NCBI GenBank assembly: GCA_036172245.1
Contig: JAYWIR010000017.1
Span: 2,232,001 to 2,296,000, forward strand
Source of the DNA: Raillietiella orientalis
Taxonomy: Eukaryota
Reading direction: 5' to 3'
DNA: 64,000 nucleotides
The translations under genes and the position numbers were made by a program. Below the pieces are notes generated by a model. That model had not been told where the DNA came from and did not search any database. It saw nothing but the letters and a program-made list of their open reading frames with translations. Positions 1 to 12,100 of this stretch are shown here, piece by piece. Each line of letters starts with the position of its first letter. The first letter of the stretch is position 1.

Positions 1-105
1 ACTGCAGGAATTCACGACGGGAAGCCTCCTGCGGCAGACTCCCACAGTAGGCGGATCGGCGCGGATGCGTGCACGCGCACGTGTTCTGTGATCTTGGATA
101 CTCAC

Positions 106-3100
106 AGAAGAAAACCGCCAAGTACGGCGAGCTAGCGATGAGGTTTTTTAGCATCTTTTCGTTGACAGACTCTATTTCGTCGGCCAGCTCTCGGTTGTCG
201 TCGTCCAGGAGCCATTCCAACACAGAATCTCTGTTCATCAGGTCTCCTGTGGGAGCGCCCCAAAGGGAAATTTCCAAAGGAAAAAAAAAAAAAAAGGAAA
301 GAAAGTGTACAAGGAATGACTCCGTAGAACTCACCGTCATATAGCAGAGGATTGCCGTTCCGGAAATAGATCATCGCAGGAAAGGTCTTTATGGTGTAGC
401 GTTTGGCCAGTTGAGGGTCATTAATTTTCACCATTTGTATGCCGTGGAGGTCACAGTCGTCATCGATGTCCTCCAGCTCTTTCAGCGCTGCATCGCAAAC
501 TTTGCAATTCGGCTTGTCTGATTGCAGTAGATCATTAGTTCCTGTTCGTGCAAGAAGACCTTACAGAAGAAAACCACCAAATACTGCACTTCCTCTATGA
601 GTTTCTCCAGCATGCTGCGGTTGACAGTTTCGATGCGATCTTCCGTCTTTTGTTGTATGAGCCACATTAGGATCTCTTCCTCATCGTCCATGTTTCCTTG
701 GTTACAACGATTTCTTAGCAAGGGTCATGTTTTTGGCGCGAGTATACGCCAAGGAGATTCTATTATTAAGCGAACTGCCTAGAGTGGAACGACAAGGAAC
801 GTGGTATCACTGGAATTCAAGCACTCCGCCACCTGCCCGATAATGAAGAAACTTTCAGAGCTTCCGTACTGCTCCGCTGGAGCGCAGTCGGTTCGTTTGC
901 CTGTATCCGACTTGCGATGCGAACGGGAACAAAGAGGGAATCAGTACACCGGAAGAGGAATCGAGGCTCGGCTTACATGGAAACCAGTGGTTGGGGATAA
1001 AGTGTCCAGAGGCCGAGGGAAAGTTCGGTTCTCGGTCTGAGTAGCCTGGGGCTAGATTCGTCGAGCTGGATACCGAGCGATTGCTTTCAGCGGAAGATTT
1101 AGTGTCCGGATTTTTTTTGTTTTTTTAATTTTCTTTTGCTGACACGCAGCATCCCTGAAATTCTCGAAGTTTTACGCTTCCTCTGCGAAGTCCAGAAGTG
1201 CTCCGCCAAGAAGTTTCCAGAACGTACAGAGAGCTTGTACGGCTTTCCGACTAAGAGAAATAGACGGTGGTCTGCGTCTCTTCGTAATGTATTTTTACGC
1301 GTACCGAAGAAGAAACAGTGACAAGTGAGGAGATCATTGCAGACTCTTCTGCTTTTTACAAGTGCTGCTGCTGCTCGCAGGAGGGTCCTGCAATTTCCTA
1401 AAGATTGCCTCCTCTCTTGCCTTCTCGAGAAGAAAGTCTTGGAGACTTGGAGAGCGTTACCAACCTGGAGAGGGAGGAAGAGTTGGGCAAAGCTACAAGG
1501 ATGCCGGCAGGAAGGATATTCGCCCCAAAGCAGATCAGCAGACCCTGCAAACGGAAGAGTCCGCGAAGGTATGTCTGGTCAATGATTCCCTTATTTTCGT
1601 TCCTTTCCGTGGCTGCGTTCAAAGGAATCTGAAGTGTGTTGAAGATACGAAAAACCGACTGAATGGATTCTTAGCATCGATTTCCAAATCTTCAGATGTT
1701 GCGGAGACTCTGCTTGAACCTGACGTTCCCTCTTCTGGTTTCTTTCACGAGCACTTGCTCTGAGCTCTCCCGGCCGCTTTGCTTCACGCCTGCCCTCACT
1801 GCAGCCACTCTCAAAGATTCGAGTTCCGGTGGACTACGATTTTGTTTTCCGAGGACCGAACGACTCCTCCCGCCCCTTTGCATCCCCTCCTTCAGCAAAA
1901 GGCAGTCCGATACCGGGGTGACGCCCTGCGAAGGGTTCCCTGGATAAAACTCATTACACGAGGAGGAAGCGAGCCTTCGACCCACAGAGACCATTCTTCG
2001 CTTTTAGAAGGTTTCTCATTGGTTCCATTCTTTAAGTGCGAGCTGCTGCGAAATAGAGCATTTCGCGTTCGCTCGCTGCATCCGTCGCGCGCGCGCGCCT
2101 ACAGTGACGTATCCCACACGCGTCATTCTTGGACCTCCTCTTCGTGCGCAGCAGGTACCTCCTCATTGCCACTGCTTTCAGTGCACCGCAGCCAACACCA
2201 TGTTCGGTAGGAATAATTGGGACGAGCAACCACGAATCTGTTCCCTGCCGGAGTGGACAGTCCCTTCTAAACTCTGCCCTTTGTTCTTTCCTTCCCATCG
2301 ATTTGCCTTCCTCTGCCTTTCTTTTCTGCGTCGCATTTGATGAGGTTTCTTGAGCACACATTTATTTCTTTATTTGTTCTTGTTTTTTTCCTTCGACGGT
2401 TCATTGTAGCTATAACTTTTGTTGATAAATTTGAATCGATCTCTGCAAGAGAGAAGGGAAACTCAAGCAATGCTAAAGAAGTTCTCTTCCACGCGGACTA
2501 ATTCAATTTTCCAAGGCAACGAAGACCATGCACACAGTTGCGATTCATCCTCGGTGGTCGACTCTTAATGGATTGACATGCCGTCCAGCTTCTGGTACTC
2601 ACATACTGGATGCAAACTGCGAACTTGGGTCTCAATCTCCGCGTGACGCAGAGGAAGAAGAGAAGTTTCTTTCCAGCAACTGTTTAGTGCGCGCCATTTC
2701 GATGGACCGCACTAGACTCTGTGCTGATGTGGTGGCTGCTCAGGTTTCGGTTTCCCTACCAGAGGAAAGCAGACCAAAGAGACCACACAGCTGCATTTTC
2801 CTTGCTTTCATCTCATCCAGGCTCCTTCTGCATCTTCTCTTTCGGAATCCAGTGCCGCTAGAAAAGCTCCGAAGGAGGACAACGAAGCCGAATCGGTGGG
2901 AATGTCCCGACGCCCACCTAGCACAGGTTCGTTTTTCGGGGCCTCCACCGAAGACAGCGAGAGACCTCCTGAAGGACTGCACCAAGAAGTTTTTATGGCC
3001 TGTTTTCTATGGTCTACCCTGCTTGTGCTGCATACCGTGATCGTTTCCCGTTAGGTGCCACCAGTAGGGAGCACTTCTCAATGGACGTTCTAAGACTCTT

Positions 3101-6100
3101 CAAAAGGGGATGTGCTCTGCATCGTGCTATTTCGAAAAGCTGAACGATAGCGCATGCGCTGAGGCGAACCACCCGATACTTGCACAAAAAGTCCTGCAAC
3201 AGGGCGTAGGTGGATCGCACACGAAAGCAGCCGCCCAAGGAGGAACAAGAGAACCTTTTACTTGATGCCAGCGCGTGGTCCCTTGGTGTCGCACGTGCAG
3301 TTTCCGCCCAAAAATACAAGGATGCTGCGAAGAGCGCACACTTCAAACGTCGTGCCGGACCCAGTTTTTGACCGAGGAGGGAAGCGGCCGAAGGCTTCGT
3401 CAATTGCCTCGGAGATCGAGCAGAACAGTTCTCTCGGATTCTTCCACTTTCAGGATGGATTGAAAAATTCATCCACGTCAGAGCGAAGCAGCGGAGGATG
3501 TACTGCACCCGCTGGGAGAAAGGGCGAGCCCCAGAATATACACTGCGGGTGAGACTCCGAGATGCTCGTTCGTGCACCCCCCCTAGCAGGAAGAGGAGTG
3601 AAGTCGTAATTTAGCTTCCCACCGCCACCCCATTGCTCCAAACTTCGGATGGGGAGGTCGTTCTGCTGTGTGCATGCAGCTGTCTGGAATGCCGTGGACA
3701 GTGCGCTTCCTGTTGGAACTGATGGCGCGAGCTTCGGTCTCAGGCACGTCCCGTGCCATCCTTATCAAAAGAGTCAATGGGCCCACTCACGCTGTTCTTC
3801 AAAGAGCAATGAGGTCCTCTTTGCTGAACCTCAAAATAGAGTCGGGAAGTGGAGCTTCCCCGCGTCGGCTGGAGAGTTCCAGAGCCTTGAAGTTTCCTGG
3901 ATTTGTGGCAACTGAAGACAGAGACAAGCGGACGCGTCCCCCGCATTCTGGATAGGACAGTTTCCCTTGCTCAGTTGCGCCTCTGGGTTCGAAGAAGGAT
4001 CCATCCTCTCGCTTTTCAGGAAAATCCACGTCTTTCCCAGACGTTCTTCGAGTTTCGTTCTTGTCGCCAACTGTTCCGCCGACGTACGAATCGAACGGGC
4101 ATTTTCCCCGCCCATCTCGCGGCAGAATTTTTCAGAATTTCGGAGCAAACACAAAAAAAGTCAGATGCATTCTACAGGCTGGTTGCATTTGCAACCTTCA
4201 GGAATGCAGAAACCGAGCGACGAATTCACACTGCCGGCCCTGAAGGAGTTGGCGTTCTAACCCACGTTGTCAGCCGTGTTGTTGCGGTCTCCGCGCCTGG
4301 GTTGCGGGTTCGAATTCTTCCCTGGGAGAGATCGACGCCAGAGAAATGGGGATGCTCCATGTGGGTTTCGATTCCCCCCCACAGGATGACGCTGGCTGAT
4401 CCATAGACTGCTGGTCGAAGCAGGAAATCAGATTCGCCTGCTGACTGGACGGGATCGGAAGTTGACCATCCGGGGTCCTTCCAAAAACAAAGGAGCTGGT
4501 TGGTTTTCTTCGGGACTGTTTCCCGCCGGTTGTAAAAATGGAGCCATTACCATGGGGCTGTTGAGGGTTTGCCTCTTCAGAGTGGCAGAAGCGCGCTGCT
4601 CCCTTCGGGACGCGCCCTTCCGAGAAACTGGCAAGCGTTCCTTCGGGGTTCTCTTCAAGAGAGCAGGAAACCAGGAGCGGTTCCCTTGCGAGCCTCCGTA
4701 GAAGAATTCCAGGAGTGGATCCTTCCCTGGTTGTCTTCGGGAAAGCAAAAGAGGATCAACCCCTTCCAGAGAGAACAAGGAAGAAGAGGGGCTCCTGTAC
4801 CAAGAGGAAGGGAGGAATGGACTCCTTCCTTTGGAGCCCTTTCTGAATTCATAGGGTGGTCCCTCCGGGATCACCTTCGAGCTTGAAGAGTGACATGCCC
4901 CTTCAGGTGGCCTGTGGACTCAAAGAGCTTTATGGGTTCCCCTAGGGGATCGAACGTTTCTTGAGTATTTGGCGGACCAAAAAAAAAAAGGGAACCCGAA
5001 CAGCGTTCGCGCAGGTGCGAACGAAACCGCATCTTTGAACGAGACGATTTGATTTTTGAAAGACGCCCAGCCGTCCAAAAAAAGGGAGGAGGGAGGAGGG
5101 GGAATATACATCCAAGTGTTGCTTTCGGGAGGACTGCACTTGGCGTTTCTCTGAAATTCCTGGGATGCTCTGCTCCGAAAAACAGAATAAACGCACCAAC
5201 GCAGGTGAGCAATATAAAGCTCACCATCTTCCTGCTCACTTTTTGATCCCGAACTAATTTCCTTACGTAGCAAGTCATTTTTGAAACTTCCAGAAACAAC
5301 CCGCCCTAACAAAGGATTCCTTCTGCGAGGAGCAGCAGCAGATCTTTCTGATGATCTTTTTAGGGAGATCAGCGACCGCTGTTAGGATTCCGCAGATGGC
5401 CGAATGGGACACTTGTTCCTTCAGTCTGTCAGCTCGTGAGTGGGCGCTTATTGCAGCTCATTTAACCGGAAAGCACACACAGTAGCGAATCGACACACAC
5501 ACACAATGCGCACGCGCAAAAGAGCAGGAAATGGTACGAACTTTGCAGCAACAAAAGATAAACAGAAGGGGAGGGGGAGAGAACGTCATAGTCACCTTCA
5601 TAGACGTTCGGAACGGAGTCCCCGAAGTACAAGAGCGCCGGCGTTTTCTTGATCCCGAATTCCTGAGAGAAGTATTTGTCCTGAGTTTTGTATACTTCAA
5701 TGTTGTGCTTGAGAATCCCATGCTCGATGTTGTGGAGTTTAACCAGCAGCCTTTCGCATTGCCTGCACCCCGTGTCTTGATCTGGGAAAAGGTTAGAGTT
5801 TCAGCGGCAAGATGGAGCAGCGCGCGTCGTTGTGCGGGCAACTGAGGTCTTAGGCAAACGCGTGCTACGCATGGAAGACGCGCAAAGGCCTGATGTCGCG
5901 ACGGTCGGCCAAAGCCTCTCTTCTTGGTGGGATGAGAGGGCAATGCAGGGCTCGGCTGAAGAGGGAGAAATCACGCAAAATGAAGGCTGTTCAAGAGATG
6001 TGAAAGGATTGTTCAAGACGTGGTCAGAGGAGACGCTGCTGAATAGAGGGAATCTGACCCATCCGCCGAGCTCAAGAATGCTCTTCAGTCTGCATCTTCA

Positions 6101-9100
6101 ACTACTCCAGTTTAGGGTTTTAGGTTTGTTTTTGCATTGTTTTTTGTTGCTGATATTCGCCCCGCATACTTAGTTTAAGAGCAAGGGGCTGTTGACAAGA
6201 AGGGTATACCCATCTTCATCTTGGGTCTGTTTACCATTTCATGCATCTGAAAAGTGACATTTTTTTTTAAAGCATGTCCAGGTACTTATATTTTTTCGCA
6301 CGGTTACTCAGGTGTAACGGTGGAAACGTGAGTCTCTTGGATGCTTCTGTTATGACGGAATCCAGGAGGGAATTGAACGTTCCTTCCTAGAGCTAACGTT
6401 TCCTAGGAAACGGATCCCATCGAACGCGGACAAGTACGCTTTCGAGTTGCTGCAGCGAGCGATTCATCACGCTGAGGCACTCATGCGCGGTGGCTGCCGG
6501 AATCTTCTTGCGTCGCGTGCACCAAAGAGTCGATAGCAGCTTCCCTTCAGCATTCGGATCTGCAGCACCAGTCTTCTCCCTTTCCAGGCCACGCCCGCAT
6601 CAACCGCTGATTCACTAATACTGTTCTTTTCACTTGAAAATGCACTATGCGTTCCACCGTGTGGCCTCTCCCAGGCGCGGGCAGTCGAACGCCTGCTTTG
6701 CCAGATCGCTTGAGCTCATATGGTGCCGCGGGGCGTGTCTGAAACCGAACGGGAATGACGCCACAGTGCCTGGCTCCTGCCACTTTCGGACCTGCCGACA
6801 GGTTCGCCCGCTTAGCCAAGGACATCTGCCTTGACGACTCGTTGCTTGGAACCCCCCCCCGCCATTCGTGTTCCATCAAGGCACCGAAAGAGCTTTTCCT
6901 TTTTCCTTCTCCGAAACGAACCCATGATGATTCTTCGTCCGCCAGGTTTTAAGGTGCGGTCATCTCACATCTTGGGCGATGCTGTCAGCTCCATTGCTTC
7001 CCGCAGGCTTTTGTCAACAACGTGTGTGATCTGGAGTGTAGGTGTGTAGGCAGTAACCCCAGGTGTAGGCGTTTTTCTCCCTCTTCTTCTTCTTCCTTCC
7101 ATATTTCGAACATGTTCCAGGGTCGTTGTGTTCTAAACGAAACGATCGCGAAAGTTCCCGCTCACGAGAATGCCGCCTTCGAGTAAGGAAGGATGTGGAA
7201 TTCCAGGATGGGGATCTGGGAAACAGGTCTCCTTGCTCCCTTCGATCTTGGAGATCTTCTGCTTGTCCCTACCACTCCCTCTTCCGTTTCTTGCTTCTTT
7301 CCTCCTCTTGGCCCTTTCGTCATACATAACTGATTTCTAGTTCCACCACGGTGGTTGTGTGTCTGCGACGGTCTCCTAGCCTGGTATCCCAAGCGTTGAG
7401 GGTTCGAATCCCTCCCTGGAAGGGATCGACGCCAGAGAAATGGGGGATGCGCCATGTGGGTTTCGATTCCCCCCACCCGTAGGATGACGCTGGCTGGCTG
7501 ATAGACTTGATGGAAGAAGGAAACTAGATGTCCATATTGACCGGCCGGGATTGGAAGTTGACTCTCCGGAGTCTTCCAGGAACCAAGGAGCCGGTTCCAT
7601 CTGGGATTTCTCTCCAGCTGTGAAAATGGAGCCGCTACCATGGTGCCTGTGAAGGCTCCTGCTCCATCTTCAACCAGAAGAAGGGTATCCCCGGTGTGGG
7701 GTTTTGCTACCATTGCACGACCGGATGGAGAACTCCCTATTTCTTGATTCCTGGAGGGACCCGAAGGTCAACTCCCCTCGGGGGTTGTCTTTCAAGAGTG
7801 TTAATAGCGCTGCTCCCTTCGGGGAGCACCCTTCAGGGAAATCAGGAAGCGTTCCTTCGGGGTTCTCACCAGAAGAGGAAACCAGGAGCTGCCCCCTTGA
7901 GAGTTCCTTTCGGAGAAGGAATAATGAAGTGATCTCCTCCAGGTGACCTACCCCTCTGGAGAGAATGAGGAAGGGGATAGTTCCCTTCGGGGTTCCCTCC
8001 CAAGCGTGAGAGGAACGGAATCCTTCTTCCGAAGCCTTCCTGGATTCACAGAGGGGTCCCTCCGGGATCATCTTCGAGCTTGAAGAGTGACACGCACAGA
8101 GGGTGCGTGGACTGTGTTTAAAGAACTTCTAAGCCGCCCGTAAGATGAAGAACCAACAAGCTGAAAACTCGAAGGTGAAAAAAGAAAAAGAAAAAAGCTG
8201 GAGGGAAAACAGCGGAAACGGAAGAATCCAATAGGATTTCCATCATCGTGGGCCGTCAGGAGAACGGGGAAGGATACCACGGGATGGTAGTTGGTGTCGA
8301 TCAACAATAGAACTGTTCATTAAGACCGAACCTGGTCCAGAAGAAGGCGAATCGTATGCTTATCCCTTGGTTGGGACAGAAAAAGGAGTGAAAGGAAAAG
8401 CTTTTAGTCGCGAACACCTTTCGCAAAATATGAATGTTTTTTAACCGCTGGTAGTGTTTGCTTGTGTGTCTTGCTCCGAACAACATACCTCCGCTTAGCA
8501 AAAAGAGCTATCGTGGACCAGCGGAACGAAAACGGATCTCTTCGACATCCAACTTCAACTTTAGGATTCTTTGCCGATTTTTTTCCATTAGAAAGACCGA
8601 ACAAACCTCCGTTTCTTCCCGAGGCAACTGATTACACATCAAGACCAAAGCACAGATTTTAAGTTAGGGAAAGAAGATGAGATACTGGGAGCACTGGTCA
8701 AGCGACAGAAAGGCGCGTGCTCCTTGCGAAATCCGTGCTCTCTGATGTTTTCAAGCTTTTCGGAACTACAGGAGATCGGGAACGTGGAATAACTTTTGAA
8801 ATCCCGCATATGGATGAGATCACACCGAAGTTCCAAAACACCTAACAGAAGTTAGACGGCGAAAACCCCAGCTGTCCGAACCCGATCCATCTAAAGCCTC
8901 CCCCGCATGGACCGAGCACAGAAACGTGCCTCTGAACGGCTTGGCGCCGCAGGACGCGCGACTGCCCGCCATCCGATGTGCAGGCATTCCGGTGCCGTCC
9001 GACGCTGCGAGAACCTGCTCCACTCCGGGAAACCTCTTTGCTCGTGATCGTACTGAACCCAGATGGGGAAACAAAGTTTCATCCGCCTGATTTTCACATC

Positions 9101-12100
9101 TTCGTGAAGACCGAAATGCAGAGGAGCTGCACGGGTGAGCAGAGGACTGCGTCATCTGAGCGGAGGACTTGCGACCGCAGAGGAGGGTGTGAACGATTTC
9201 CGGTTTCAAAAGCGCGATCGAATGAATTCGAAGTACGACGCGAACCATCAATCAAAACAGTGAAAGCCGTTCAAGGCTGCATGCAGCATCCCGTCCATGA
9301 CGACCATAGCAACGTCCAAGCTGGAAACATGGTTTTTTAGAACAAAACCTACCACTTCCTGGAGAAATTCACACAGGAATAAATACTTCTTGTCAGATCC
9401 TTGAAAAAATAAAAAGTTCGCGGATGCTGTGATGCAATTTTTTTTTTCAGAACATGTGGAATTTTTTTCACTATTAATTATGAAGGATAAACAGGCGAAA
9501 TCACTAATCCAGCACCAATGAGCCGTTAGTTCCGAATGCATCTCTCACGCAATTGGATAAAGTGAACGAGCAACCGACAGTAGGCAAGCAGAAATTCATT
9601 AGGAAGAAACAGAGGCAGAAACAGTTTCACAGATGTGTGCTCCTCTCTGTTATTACTCTGCTTATCTAACACTTAAGGGAATTCCAAAAATTAGAGCAAG
9701 GAAGAAAAAAGATGGATCTTTTCTTGGACGTTTGGATAACGCATAGAACCCTGCATCCATCTTTTCTTGTTTCGTGAATACTCTGATGATTTCGAGGTGA
9801 TGCAGTTGCTTTGGAAGCAAAGAAGTGACCCGGTCTGGCTGCACATCAGCATGTAACTTGTAAGAGTGCTATTGCAGAAGACACCAAGCAGTGATGCTTT
9901 GTGCTAGAGGAAACAATGTCTTCTTATACTAATTGGGCAGACTACACGGAAGCTGAAAATTGGAGATTGGATGACTTTCTGAGACCATGGTAGGTTGGAA
10001 TTTCGGAAGACAAAGCAGAAAGAACGTGAAATCCTGCATCCTCAAAGAAGAATATTCAGCTTGTATAAGAACCCATTTAGACGAGCTACAAATCTTTCTT
10101 CTTCGGACCAGTAGTTCGAGCCTAAGGAGGATGGAAACGAAAATCATGAACCAAAAATCATTCTTCTGAAATAACACCAATGGTGCCTAAGGCAAAAAGG
10201 CGGCGGTCCATGTCGAATACGCTACTGTTCGCTCAATGCGTAGGAATCGCAATTCATCATGCAAGATTGCTATAATAGATAGAAAGAAAGATTATCGCTT
10301 ACATATAATGACGGCGAAGGATTGAGTTGTTTTTATCATTTCCAGAAGATCTTCCGCGCTTTTCTCGGAGATAGCTGACACTGTGGATGGGTTCTTTTGT
10401 GTTACAAGCCAATCCAGGATTTTTTCTTCTTGTTTCAGATCTCCTATTTGATAAACAGAGCTAATCACCTCCATGACATTAAGTCCCACGTGAGTTTGAG
10501 AAGGTTCATGTCTTACCTGCGTAGATGATCGGTTCTTCTTGCTTCCCTCGAAAGTACAGCAGCGAGGGAACAGCGTGGATTCCGTACTCTTTGGCCAGAT
10601 TGGTGTCGTCTATTTTCACAAATTTGATTCCTTCCCTGTGCGCGTCGTCATCGATGTTCTCTAATTCCTGAAGAACTTTATCGCAGTGTTTGCACTCTTC
10701 TTTATTATCTGCAAGTAATCGCTCGCTAAATTTTCTACGAGATGCATTGTGCAATCTCAGTTTTTTTTTTTTTCCTTCATTTCGGGAATTACATCTCATC
10801 AAACAGTCAAATCAGCAAATGCAAGATCAGTGCATGATGTGTCTTTGTGTCCGAGAAACGCGTCCAGAGCGTGTGCAATGAAGCGCTTGAGACGGCAGCA
10901 CTTATCAGAAAGCTGTTTCTTAAATCCGCGCCCTTTGGATAATGAGCTCCTTGCTTTTTTTTTTTGGCTTTCATGAGCACTTTCCAGTTGGGTTACCTGG
11001 GATGATGTGCTGAAGCTTTGCTGCCCTTCCTTTAGTTGGATGGCTTTGTGCAAGCAAGGACCGTCAGCTCGCGTCATCTTTCCACTGGTTCCATAGGAAT
11101 CGAAAGCGCACCGATGCTGTGGAAATCTCAATCACGAGAAGGTGCCATTCCCGGCGGCTGATGAATTTCTTTAAACGTCTTGGTGCGAAGTTCGTTTTCG
11201 GCCATGTTCCTTTTTGGCTGCCATACCCTCTTCCGGTAGACACCGTGAATTCCTTCACGGTTCTATCTGTTGTACCCAAGGAATTACCTTAAAACGCATC
11301 TTTTGCAACATTTTCTTTGAATACTTCCGCAGAAGCTTCTCGGTTCTCTTGACTCATTTATTTTTGCTCTATTCTCACGTGGCCTGTCACACCTCGCGAT
11401 TCCATAAGAGTGATTCAATGCTACATGAAAGGATGCCGTGTTCCAGCAAGAAGATGTTTTGTCTAGCATTCCTTTCAGAACAGGGCTGGCGCAGCCGTGT
11501 TTCCAATCGATCATCTTCTCGCTGATCCCACGAGGGACATCGTGAACACATTCAAGCAACTGTGCTCTACACGTTTGTGGTTACGTGCGAAACGTCTTCA
11601 CGACTCTGGATTCTTCTCGACCACTTGGTAAACCTCCCTCAGAGATGCGTTTCTGAAGGAACGACCCGCTGGTCCTGCCTTTCCAGATGCACTCGCAAAA
11701 TTTAGCTTGGAGGCTGCCAGGAGGAATCGGTACCAAAGTCAATCTATTAGAACGTGATGCCAACTCATAATGCGTTTATTATCTATTAATTGTGCTTGGA
11801 TGAGGCCTCTTGAGAAAGAATAGATTCTGGTGAAGTCTGTGAAGCCTCGAAAGAACGACAAAATAACCTGCTGCAGCTTTATCAACTCAGATTACACTCC
11901 AAATCATTAAAAAAAAAAATTAATAAAAACTCTGTGAGAACAGATAGACCCAAGTAATCAGGGAACAATGAGTCCAAGTGAGGAAGACAAGGAAACTGCC
12001 AAAAAAAACAGAATGTTAAGATGGTAAGATGAAGTCAAAGAAAAATCCTGCAGCCGGTGCGGTTATTGTCACGTAAAATCTTCTACAGACTGAGTGCCGA

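Noticed and set aside
5340..5410. CTGATGA and GGCCGAATGGGAC resembling hammerhead / HDV ribozyme parts
   Set aside because: No correctly placed GAAA core and no upstream GTCCC partner for the HDV P2 stem.
7341..7421. Genuine tRNA gene
   Set aside because: Only the T-arm and an acceptor-like pairing are intact; there is no convincing D or anticodon arm, and it is fused to a repeated body.
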